Assembly: GCA_013239625.1 (NCBI GenBank)
Contig: MU053334.1
Location: 755,190 to 819,189, forward strand
Direction of reading: 5' to 3'
DNA: 64,000 nt
From: Lama guanicoe
Lineage: Eukaryota
Shown piece by piece: positions 45,811 to 56,229 of the stretch. A program made the translations under genes and the position numbers. Numbering within the stretch: the first letter of the stretch is position 1; every line of letters starts with the position of its first letter. The notes beneath the pieces are model-generated. The model saw only the letters and a list, made by a program, of their open reading frames with translations. It was not told the DNA's origin and searched no databases.

Positions 45811-47455
45811 CTCCCCAGTAGGTAAGTCTGCCACGTACTTCCTTGGTTGATGGTGGTCGCCAGTGAGTGGTGCTGGGTCGCTGTTCCTGGGTCCAGAGGG
45901 GTATCACCCTTGCCCCTGGCACACACCAGTCCTGCCTGCAGAACCCACCTTGACACCCATCCCCTTTTGGTAGTTGGCTGTACAGTCTTTTTTTCCCCTT
46001 TCCTGCCAGGTGTTTGGCCTGGGCCCCTACGGTGCCTCCAAAGATTCCCCTAACTTGGAGTCTGTGGGAGACCGGGTCGGATCTCACAAGAGGTTTCAGG
46101 CTTCTCAGGAAAAGTGTTGCAGCTCTTCTCTGGCGTTGACATCACCAATAATTCCTGTAGCAGCAGCATAATTGGAAAGCTAGACACAGGGACATTCTCT
46201 TTGCTGGTTCTGTTTCTGGTATAACCAGGCAGTGGACTCAGTGTAACCTGTTTTTCATGTATGACTTAAGAGCATGCACATAATTTATTTTCATTTTTGT
46301 GTTTTGCTTTTGATTTGAGTTGGGAAAGTCTACCTATCTTAGAAGTTTACGACTCACTGAACTTTTGTACCTGTGTAATCACCACTCATTCCAGGATAAA
46401 GAATGCTCACAGTGTCCCAAATCTGCATATTTAAAAAAAGTATTAATTTTTAAAATTAAAGATACAAATATTAGAGAATCCTCACCTCATCCATCTCTTG
46501 CACGAACACGGTTGTGACCACATGCTCTGTAATGTTTTGCATCCTGACGTTTTTCTGTGACACAACAACAAAACCACATCCCCGGGTTATAAAACTCCCA
46601 CAGGCATTTGCACTGCCTGCTTCCCCCTGCCCCCAAAGAATAAATCATGTCACGTCATTTGCAGCCATTCAATTTTAGGTGGTTGCTAATTCCATCCTCT
46701 CATGAATAATTTCGTGTTAACCAAACTTGTCCACGAAGTCTGTGAACATCCAGTATCTTTTCCTCTAGATAAATACTGAGAACTCAAGGCGCAGAGCACA
46801 GAGGTCAGCACGTGCCAAACGTTAGTAAATACTGCTGGCGCACCACGGCCTCTGCTGCCACGAACGGTGCACCAGACGTTCAGGAACGTTTCTCGCCAGG
46901 AAAGCGGTGAGGAAGGAATCACAGTGAGACATGGCTTGTCGAGACTTTGTTTATTTAGAGGCCTCACAAAGTCCAGAGTGGAATTTGCTAGAGCGAGAGT
47001 CAGAATGAGCTGGTGTCAGGGGAGAGGCGAGGGGCGTGTGATGGATGTGGCCCCCCAGGTTCCGGGGAATCAGCACCAGCCCTGAGGTTATGTGAGAATG
47101 AGGACTGAGCAGGAAGGAACCGGGAGTAGGGAAATGGTAGCACAGCTCTGTGCCCCATTCGGAGCATGAGGAGTGGGCCTTCTGAGGTTCAGTACGTGAA
47201 GAGCCTACAGATGGTAAAGTTCAGCTGCCAAGGACGAAGATTCCTCTGAGTTGTGTGTAGTAGTGAATCCCCGGATGGCTCAAAGCACATGAGGGGGACC
47301 CCTTTCTCCATCACGAAGTGTGGAGCGGGAACTCTGGTCCTGAAGATTCAGACTCCATGACTCCTGCAGGGGATGGACAAAGAACTATGCACTGGGGGTA
47401 TGGGGCGTGACAAGATGCATGGCCAGGGAGCGTGCATTGGTCTGATTTCAGATTC

Positions 47456-48046
47456 TCAGATCTTGCACTGGCAGCAAATGGGGACACAGCAGCTGGACTG
47501 GGAGCAGCAGGGTTTGCAGCAGCTGGACTGACAGCAAACGGGGACACAGCAGCTGGACTGGGAGCAGCAGGGTTTGCAGCAGCTGGACTGACAGCAAACG
47601 GGGACACAGCAGCTGGACTGGGAGCAGCCACAGGAGCCACAGCCCCCTTTGCCACAGCTGGAGCAGGAGCAGGTGGGCACACAGCAGCAGATGGGCACAC
47701 AGCAGCCAGAGCCACAGCCCCCCTTGCAGCCCCCGCAGGAGCCACAGCCCCCCTTGCAGCCCCCACAGGAGCCACAGCCCCCTTTGCCACAGCTGGAGCA
47801 GGAGCAGGCGGGCACACAGCGGCACACGGGCACACAGCAGCTGGAGCCACAGCCCCCCTTGCAGCCCCCGCAGGAGCTACAGCCCCCCTTGCAGCCCCCA
47901 CAGGAGCCACAGCCCCCCTTGCCACAGCTGGAGCAGGAGCCACAGCCCCCCTTGCCACAGCTGGAGCAGGAGCAGGCGGGCACACAGCGGCACACGGGCA
48001 CACAGCAGCTGGAGCCACAGCCCCCGGAACAGCCACAGTGACTCAT
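47456..48046 (-). CDS. KRTAP5: Keratin-associated protein 5 family member, 196 aa, intronless
   Basis: Cys/Gly/Ser repeats [26 protein letters not shown], ending CCQCKI*; TATAAA at 48138-48143; AATAAA at 46950-46955. Confidence 0.95.
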   Translation of the reverse strand: MSHCGCSGGCGSSCCVPVCRCVPACSCSSCGKGGCGSCSSCGKGGCGSCGGCKGGCSSCGGCKGGCGSSCCVPVCRCVPACSCSSCGKGGCGSCGGCKGGCGSCGGCKGGCGSGCCVPICCCVPTCSCSSCGKGGCGSCGCSQSSCCVPVCCQSSCCKPCCSQSSCCVPVCCQSSCCKPCCSQSSCCVPICCQCKI

Positions 48047-48679
48047 GGTTCTGGTGGGTGGAGAGTGGAGGTGGTCAGAGGAGCAGGTGGAGAGAGAGGG
48101 GAGGTGTTCAGGTGTGGAGCCTCCAGGGCCAGGGGCCTTTATAGCCCTGCCAGGGTCAGGTGAGATCTGGGCGCAGGCCACTTCCTGGTTCCTGCTTGTG
48201 GCGTGTTTGTTTCTTCTCGTCCCCGAACCCTCACTGACTCAGGCAGCATCGGCTTTCCTAGGTTTCTAAATTTGGTGTCTTCCCCTTTTTTGGTCCCTAA
48301 AGCTAGGAGCTCGGCTTGTGTTTGCTCAGTGTATCCCTGGCCTCCCAAGGAAGTGGTCACCCAGCGTTTGTGCCCATCGCAAGTGACCTTCCGGAGGATG
48401 GCCCAGGCCTGTACCCCGGCAGCGTCTAAGGAACGTCCCCAGGTGTCAACATCTCGGCAGCTGCTCACGCGGGGAGAGGCACGTGGCACCAAGCAGACGA
48501 GCTGGATTTAGTCCCAGCACCCTGAGTCCAATTCCTTTCCACTTATTGAGAAGACTGTTAAATTCCAATTGCTCTTTTGCCCTGATTTTAGTATTCACTA
48601 TCTAAGAATTACTTTTAATGTTTTAAATCAAAGTAATACACATACAGTTTTAAAATTCTCATGAGGCTTTCCCCCAGGA

Positions 48680-49420
48680 ATTCAAGGTCTGTGTACCATT
48701 CTGAAAGGAATCCATGTAATTAACTATGCGAGTGGAATAGAGGAGAGAAGCCGCCTGATCATATCACACGCTCAGAACAAGCATTAGGCAGAAGCCAGTA
48801 CCCGTTCATGATTTTTACCAAAATCTCTCAGAAAACTAGGAGGGAGCTTCCTTAACCTGATAGAGCAAATGTCCAGAACTGTGAAGTGACTGAGGCATTT
48901 TTTCAGTTGCAAACTGCAAGCTATACTGCCTCGGTTTCACAGGTCCTGGTAAAAGACATGAGACCCTTGGGTCAGAGACAAAGCACTGCTTGTCACTCGC
49001 CGCAGAACCAGCAGACAAGGACCAACCTTTAACGCCAGTTCCTTGAATTCCAGTTCCCACAGGGCGACCCATGTGACACCTGTGTACTTGGAGGTACCTT
49101 ACAGGGTAGGAGCCCTGAGCTTTGAGAATCTGAGCCTTTTATAATAGGCAGTAAACACGCCCACCCTTTGCTTCAGAGGGAGACAGTGCTCTCTCCCAAG
49201 GCTGTTTGCTATACAAACACTCATGGAAAAATCATGCGGAGCTAAACACAGCTGTATCTCTATTCTTGAGACGCACAGAAATGAGAGACCCATGGTGCAT
49301 TGTATCCCAATGTTTTTCTAAGAAAACATTACAGCAAACATCATACTCAGAGGTAAAACAAAAGGCTTTCTCCCTGAGACTGGGAACACGGGGAAAATGC
49401 TCACTATTACACTTGTAGTC
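48680..49420 (+). mobile_element. L1 ORF2 fragment split by an LTR-like insertion (~48880-49310)
   Basis: L1 aaactagga..cttccttaacctgata resumes as acagcaaacatcatactc..gctttctccctgaga..ggaaca after ~430 bp that begin with TG. Confidence 0.55.
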
Positions 49421-49439
49421 AAGATAAGTTAGCAAGTGA

Positions 49440-51420
49440 AAAAAAAATCTGCTGGGATTTTAATTGACTGCAATAATCAATGTTTGGAAAACTGACATCT
49501 TGGCAACATTGAGCCATGAAATCTGGGAATAGGAGATAGCTTTCCATTTTTAAATTCCTCTTCAATATCTTTCAATAATGTTTTGTGATTTTCATTTTAG
49601 GGGTTGTGTATTATTTTATACAATTTATATTGCTAGGTGAATGATTTTGGGGGGATGAGTTAGAAACGATTTTTAGATTTTAATATAAATAACTATGTAT
49701 TTTAAAATTTAACTTAAATTTCTAATTGCTGTTCTTAGCATATATGGAAAATTAATTTTGTATTGATTGGTTATCCAGTGATCTCGCTAAATTTACTTGC
49801 TTATTGCAATACTTTATTTATAGATTATTTTGGATTTTATTTTGTGTTTATCCATATCTTACCTTCCAGGAATTTCTTGCCAGATTATAGTCTACATTAA
49901 AAATTATGACTTTACTCCTTCACAAAGAAACCAAGAAAAGCACAAGAGTTCGGCTCCGTCCGCCCTGCTGCTGACTTGCCCTCACGTGTTTCTCTTGTCC
50001 ATGTATTGCAAACCCCAGAAGCTGTATTTTTAAGCTGTTACTTTGAATGGTCATTGTACGAGCCTGCTTTGGCTGGAATGCCAAGGCACCACAGCCCCGG
50101 TGTCTTAACAACAGGCACTTATCTTCCTAAAGTTCTGGAGGCTGGCGGTCCAAGCTCAAGGACGATTCTGGGCGAGACCCCGCTTTCTGGCTTGCAGCTC
50201 GCCGCCTTCGCGCTGTGCTGTCACAGGCCCCCCTTGTGTGAGGGGACACTGCGGGGCAGGCTCAGTTGTCTGGCGTCTCTTCCTCTTCTTCTCGGGACAC
50301 TAGTCCTATAGAGTTAGGACCCACCCTATTACCTCATTTAACCTTAATTTCCCCTTAAGGGCCGTCTTTCCGAATACCGCATTAGGGCTTCAACCTGTAA
50401 ATGTGGGGGGCACGACTCAGCCCATACATGGTCGTTACTCCTTTGTATTTACCCGCAGACTCACACTTTGTAGTGGTCTTCCTGGAAATGTCTGTTTTTT
50501 ATGAGACCACTTCCCTTCAACCTGAAGAACTTCTTTCAGTATTTCTGGAAGTGTGAGTCTGCTTGTGAAGCATTTTAGTTTTGTCTTCCTGAAGATGTCT
50601 TTATGTAATCTTCATTTTTGAAAAATTACTTTTTTTGAAAATGGAATTTTCAACACAGAATTGTTCACTAACCATTTTCGTCGTTCATTCCTTTAGAGAC
50701 GGCGTTCCACTGCCTTCTGGCCCCCATAGTTTTTCCTGCAGAGTCAGCTCTACATTTTACTGTTCCTTCTTTGGGAGTCATGTGCCATTTGTTATGCTCT
50801 TAAAATTTAAAAAAACCCTTTGTTTTTCAGAAGGTGGTCATTATGTAGCTAGGGTTTTAAAGATGTGTTCTTCTCGGGTGTTACTGAGCCTCCTGAAGCT
50901 GTGGGTTGGTGTCTTCTGTCAGTTCTAGACCCTACGTAACCCCTGTCCTTTCAGTATTGCGTTTGCCCATTTCTTTCTCCTTTCCCTCTGAGCTGCCAGT
51001 TATACTTCTGTTTCTGTCTGATGCACCTTTTGCACCCATTGATTTGTTCCCGTTCTTATTTCTCTCTGTGCTTTAGCTTGGGTGTTTTCCCGTGGACTCA
51101 TTTTCGCGTTCCCTAATCCCGTCTTTTGCTGTGTCCAGTCAGCTGTGAAAGCTAGCCAGTCAGTTCTGAGTTTTATATATTATACTTTCCAGCTTTAGAA
51201 TGTCCATTTGATTCTATTTTTATGGATACCATTTTGGTAGAATTTTTTCATTTTTTTCATCTAGTTTGTCCATCTTTTCTCCACAGTATATTTAATTTCA
51301 GGTCCTTGCCAGTTAACAGCAAATTCTGAGTCATTTTTGTCTGCTTTTATTACATTTTTTCTTTTGATTATTAGTCCCATTTTCGTATTTCCTTTTATGT
51401 CTAGTAATGTTTCGCTGTAC
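49440..51420 (-). mobile_element. Ancient LINE-1 remnant with nested MaLR LTR (~50070-50430)
   Basis: ctgctgggattttaattg..aactgacatctt; MLT motif cttaacaacagg..ttat..agttctggaggctgg..gtccaag. Confidence 0.65.
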
Positions 51421-51959
51421 GCTGGCTCTTGCGTGTAGAAGAGTCACAGAGGTTGTGTGTGATGTAATCTCCCATCAGGGGAGAGCACTCTTTTTTTTTG
51501 GAAAGGTTTCTGCTTCAGGAATCCCATTCATCTAGTTCTTACTACACTCACATTTCCCCATTGTCTTTAAAACACGATGTTTGTAAATCACCTGGGTTCG
51601 CTTCGTTGTTGTAGGGGCATTCGGGATGCTGCCACTTACTACATTCCACCTGGCGGCAGAAGCCCATTTCCATTCATCTGCAATATCCCACAGTTTCGCT
51701 ACGATGTGATCTATTTGTGCATTTTCTTGTTCTTCCTCCTAGGGACCCATTATGTGCTTTTAATCTGAAGCGTCTTTGTGTATTGTCTCTTTGAATATTG
51801 CTTTCCTCCCGTTTCTTTTGATCTCTGCGTGGACGATGGAGCCTTGCAATCTGCCTCCCACGTTTCCTAGCTTCTGTCTGATGGCTCCACTCTCGTGACT
51901 CCACGCTGCATTCTGGGAGAGTTCCTCATCCTGTCCTCCTGCCTTCTGTTCTGTGCCCC

Positions 51960-52262
51960 TCACTTAGCTTCTGGGGATTTGCCAGCAGTTTTGGTGTCCC
52001 TTGGCTTATAGAAGCCTGCCCTGAACCTCTGCCTCCATCTTCGTGTGATGTTCCCCGCGATGAGCGAGTCTGCCTCTAAATTCCCCTTTTGTAAGAGGGC
52101 AGCAGTCCTGCTGGGCTAGGAGCCCGCCCTGCTCCGTTCTGACCTCATCTTGTCTTAGCTGACTGTATCTGCAGAAACTCTTCTCAAATAAGGTCGTGTT
52201 CTGGGGCACAAGGAACTTGGACTTCAACATACAAATTGTGGGGGCTACAATTCAGCCCACAG
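51960..52262 (-). mobile_element. MaLR LTR fragment (MLT1-type)
   Basis: agcttctgggg..gccagca..ttggtgtcccttggctt..gacctcatctt..atctgcaga..caaataaggtc. Confidence 0.75.
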
Positions 52263-52729
52263 AGAGTCTGAGTAGACCTGGTACAGGGTCTCACTGGGAG
52301 GGAAGGACAGAGGCGGTGGGTGACCCGGGAGGCCTGGTTCTCCCTGAGGTCTATGGACAGATGGGTGGTGTGAGGGCCACACCCATGTCGCTCCCTCTGA
52401 GGGAGAGAGTGTAACCAGACCTGAGGGCCACCCCAGAGTCAATGTCTGTGGTCAGGCCAAGGGACACCTACCATGGACCTGCGAGCTCTGTGACTTTGCT
52501 GAACCTCCTTGGACACAGTCGAACAGGCATGAAATCTGGCATCTTGGAGCACCAGCTCTGGGAGGGAACCCGGTGCAGCCCAGGGAAGGGGGATCGTGAG
52601 TTCTCACTCTTAGACCCGTGCCCGGGGTGTCAGGACTGGCGGGGCCCCGACACTGATGTACCGAGGCCTCTGAGTCAGTCGGGGCCCGTCAGGCACGGCA
52701 GACCACACGCACTGTGCTCATTTCCTGTG

Positions 52730-53200
52730 CCTGCTGTGACACGTCGCCACAAATTAGTGGCTTAAAACAGCGTACATTTGTTTTTTTTTTTTTGGTCATT
52801 TAAAAAACATTTTTCTATTGAGTACATTTGTTACTTTACAGTTCTCAGTGTCAGAAATTGAAAATAGGTCTTCCGGGCTAAAATCGAGGTGTTGGCAGGC
52901 CCCCACTCATGAGTAGATGTTCTGAGGAGAGCCCGTTCCCCTGGGGTGCCGGGGCCTCGGCTCACGGCTCCTCTCCTTTCCCCATCATCCAAGCCAGCAG
53001 TGGCCAGTCCAGTCCTCCTCCAGCCACCGTCTGTCTGCTTGTGACCCTCCTGTCTCCCTCTTCCCCATTTCAGGGCCCCTGTGACTGTACTGGACAATCC
53101 AGTAGAATCTCCCCATCCAAGATCAGCTGGTCAGCAGGCTGAAATTTCTTGCCACGTGAGCCAACATAGTCACCAGTCCTGGAGGTTAGGAATGTATGTC
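52730..53200 (-). mobile_element. MaLR LTR (MLT1-type)
   Basis: gctgtgaca..ccacaaattagtggcttaaaaca..ttacagttct..gggctaaaatcgaggtgttggcagg. Confidence 0.7.
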
Positions 53201-54288
53201 TGTGGCCACAGTGGGACTGAACACAGTGAGCCAGGTGGTTCCAGAACCACTGAAAGGGGCAGAGATGTGGGCTTCAGGCTGAGCATCCTGGACAAGCATG
53301 ACGCCCATGGCTGGACAATGGGATGCAGTTAATGGCACAGCACTAAGGTCCAAGATGCCCTTACTTGCTTCTGCCTTATTTTTCTTTCCAAATCACATGA
53401 GAAGGCAGTGCAGGGCGGCTGAGCCTGTTGCAGCTGGAACCGCGTGCAAGGGAGTCAAGACAATGCTTTCCAGCCCCTGTGAGATGGGAGGGAAGGAGCG
53501 CAGAGAGGCTGCTGTCCCCCGCAGTAAGTTTACTGCCCCAAAGGGAAACCCCCACTGCCGGGCGGTCGCAGACACAGGACGCAAGCCCCACATCCTGACC
53601 TGCAGGCCGGTCGTGCCTCGTAAGGTCCCCTTGCCAGAACATCAGTGGAGGACAGTCACGGGTGGAGGCAGCCGGGACAGCTGGACGTAAACGGGGTCAG
53701 TGCCCGGGAGACAGGCGTGGGCTGCCAGGAGTGCATTCCGACCCAGGCTCCTTATTCATCAGCCCTTGGTGCAGAGGCGGCAGTGAGCTACTCTGTGACT
53801 TAAATTGTTTTGCAGTGACAGAGATAGTTTTATTGAAAAAGCATTTTGTCGTACTTTAGCAGACAAGTGTAGACCCCTGCTATCAGGCAGGGGGCGCTGC
53901 GGGGCTAGGCTTTGTCGGGGAAGGACGCATGGATGTGATCCGAGCAACATCTTTCCTCATGGAGGAGCCGGGAGGGATGTTCTCGACTGGCCACTGGTAG
54001 ACCCCTCACGTGGCAGCTAGTGGCCCTTAGAAGGGTCAGAAAGACATGCAGTGGCCACTTGCTTTTTAGAGACTGTTAGAACATGGCCTTCTTCTGGGTA
54101 TTGATATCTGGGAGGGACAAGGACAGAGCCATTGCCACTCATGTGAATGGTGTTTCCTGTGCTGGACACAGGACAGTGAAGGAAGGAGGTGTGCAGGGCA
54201 AGAAGTGTTCAGGGGAGTGACAAGACCATGGGCCTCATGAGCTGCTGCAAGTGGAAGAAGCTAGCTGAATACCGGACTGGCCACTACA

Positions 54289-54530
54289 TCTGGGCTTGTC
54301 CTGGCAGCAAATGGGGACACAGCAGCTGGACTGGGAGCAGCCACAGGTGCCACAGCCCCCTTTGCCACAGCTGGAGCAGGAGCAGACAGCCGCCACTGCT
54401 GGAGCCACAGCGGCCCACGGTTCTGCTGGGTGGGGGTGGGGGGGCAGTCCAAGGAGCAGATGGAGAGAGAGGGGGTTGTTCAGGTGTGGAGCCTCCGGGG
54501 CCAGGAAACTACACACCTGCCAGGGTGTGT
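54289..54530 (-). pseudogene. KRTAP5 pseudogene
   Basis: Homologous leader AGAACC is followed by GTG instead of ATG (54416-54418). There is a large internal deletion with frameshift, residual [28 protein letters not shown], a lost stop (CAG GAC AAG CCC AGA vs CAG TGC AAG ATC TGA) and a destroyed TATA box. Confidence 0.88.
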
Positions 54531-54724
54531 GCTGGGCACCCACTCACCTCCTTGTGTCTGGACTGTTTGCCAGGATCAGGTTTTTGCTTGTTTCTTTTTC
54601 CATGAGTTCCTACTGCCTGTGTCACTAACAACTTTCTTAGGTTCCAGATTTGACGTCTTCCTCATCCATGCTAGATTTCAGTCTGTCCTTCCCCAGTGTC
54701 CCTGTCAACTGGTCCCAAGCCTTG

Positions 54725-55900
54725 GTGTGGACTGCACGTGACCTGTGACGACAGCCTTGCATCCAGGTTCCCTTACCTCGGATCTACTGGGAATTTTGCA
54801 GGTGTGATTAAATTCAGTCCTGCGGTAGAGAGACCATCCTGGGGGTTCTGGGTGGGCCTGAACGTAAGCCCATGTATCATCATGGGACAGAGGCGGGGGG
54901 AGCCTGGCGCACGCAGAGGAGGAAAAGGCGGTGTGCAGACGCTGCCTTGACCGTTCGAGTGGTGTGGCCACAAGCCACGGAGGCTGGCAGCCACCAGAAG
55001 GGAGGGGAGGTTTGCAGAGGGAGTGCAGCCTTGCTGACAGCTGCCTTAGTGGGACGAATGGCCTCCAGGACTGTGAGGGTGAGAATATATTTCTGTTATT
55101 TCAAGCCATCATATTTGTGATGACTTGTTGCAATGGCCACAAGAAAAAAAAAATACAGATTTTGGTGACGGGAAGCAGTTTGCTGTTGTAAGTACCTGAA
55201 AACGTGGAGGTGGCTTTGTTAAGAGGGTCATGGGTGGGGGCTGCAAGGCTTTTGAGGTGTATGGTAGCAAAAGCCTGGATTACCTCAAACGAGCGTTCGG
55301 TAGGAATACGGACGTAAAGGTGCTTTATGACAGAACACACGCACGTGAGAAACATGCTATTGGAGACCGGAGGAGGGGGGACCCTCGTTACAGACCGGCA
55401 GAAAACAAAGATGAATGTTTTCTGGACTTTCTAGGCACCACTTAGAAAGTGATGAATTTGGCTGTTAGCTGAGGGGTTTCCTAGCAAAGAGTTGGAACCT
55501 AGTTTCTTCTTGCTCCTTACAGTAAGACGTGAGGGGAATGAGGTAAATCTAGGAAAGAACTGTTAAGCCAAGAGGAACCAGCCCTTGAATATTTGGGAAT
55601 ATTCCAGCGTGTTCAGATTGCAACAGATGCTAAGAGTAGCCGTTCGGAAGGCGCGCCCCGCGGAGGAGGCCGGCGCGCGCCGGGACAAACTGTTCCTGAA
55701 GGGACTGGGCCGGCGGTTCCTGGACCGGCTCAGCCGCGGCCCAGAAGTCAGTCCAGAGGCTGGGCTGCTCGGCGAGGGGCCGCGAGGACCCGCTGGTCCA
55801 GCTGCGCGCGCGCGGCGCGGCCCCCCGCGTGGGTGAGCCGGGCTGTCTCCGCGCAGACGGCCGCCCTCCCGCCTGGATGGCAGAGCCTGCGTGAGACGCT
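54725..55900 (+). mobile_element. MaLR element: LTR (~54725-55155) followed by internal sequence
   Basis: LTR end tttctgttatttcaagcca..tttgtga..ttgttgcaatggccac..aataca is directly followed by the MLT1-internal start gattttggt..gctgttgtaagtacctgaaaacgtggaggtggctttg. Confidence 0.75.
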
Positions 55901-56075
55901 GGGGCCCGGTGCTCTTCACGAGCACACAGCCCGGGACGGTAGCATTTGCGGGTCTGGCTTTCCACGCACCGCGTCGTCCTGGCGGCCGGGGCCGCGAGGC
56001 CCGGAGCCCCCGCGGGCGCCGCGCGGCCCGCTGCTTCGCGCACAGAGGCGTCGCGCTTGCTTGAGCGAATCTGGC
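55640..56075. other. Orphan CpG island within MaLR internal sequence
   Basis: CpG-dense block in AT-rich repeat DNA. Confidence 0.75.
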
Positions 56076-56229
56076 ATCGTTTCGAGCTGAAACTCTTGGT
56101 TTTAAGATCTCTGTGCGTCCTCTGGTTTTTGGGGCCCAACTCAGAAAGAGTGTGCATATATCTGAGTTGATAATTAGAATAAGAAATCACAGTAATTTAC
56201 AGATTTAAAGAACTGACGAATACCGACAA

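Noticed and set aside
47456..47960. CRISPR-like regularly repeated units
   Set aside because: Eukaryotic coding tandem repeats without unique spacers or cas genes.
47311..48163. Long Ala-rich and Leu-rich alternative-frame ORFs over KRTAP5
   Set aside because: Repeats lack stops in several frames; TATA, Kozak and poly(A) fit only the Cys-rich frame.
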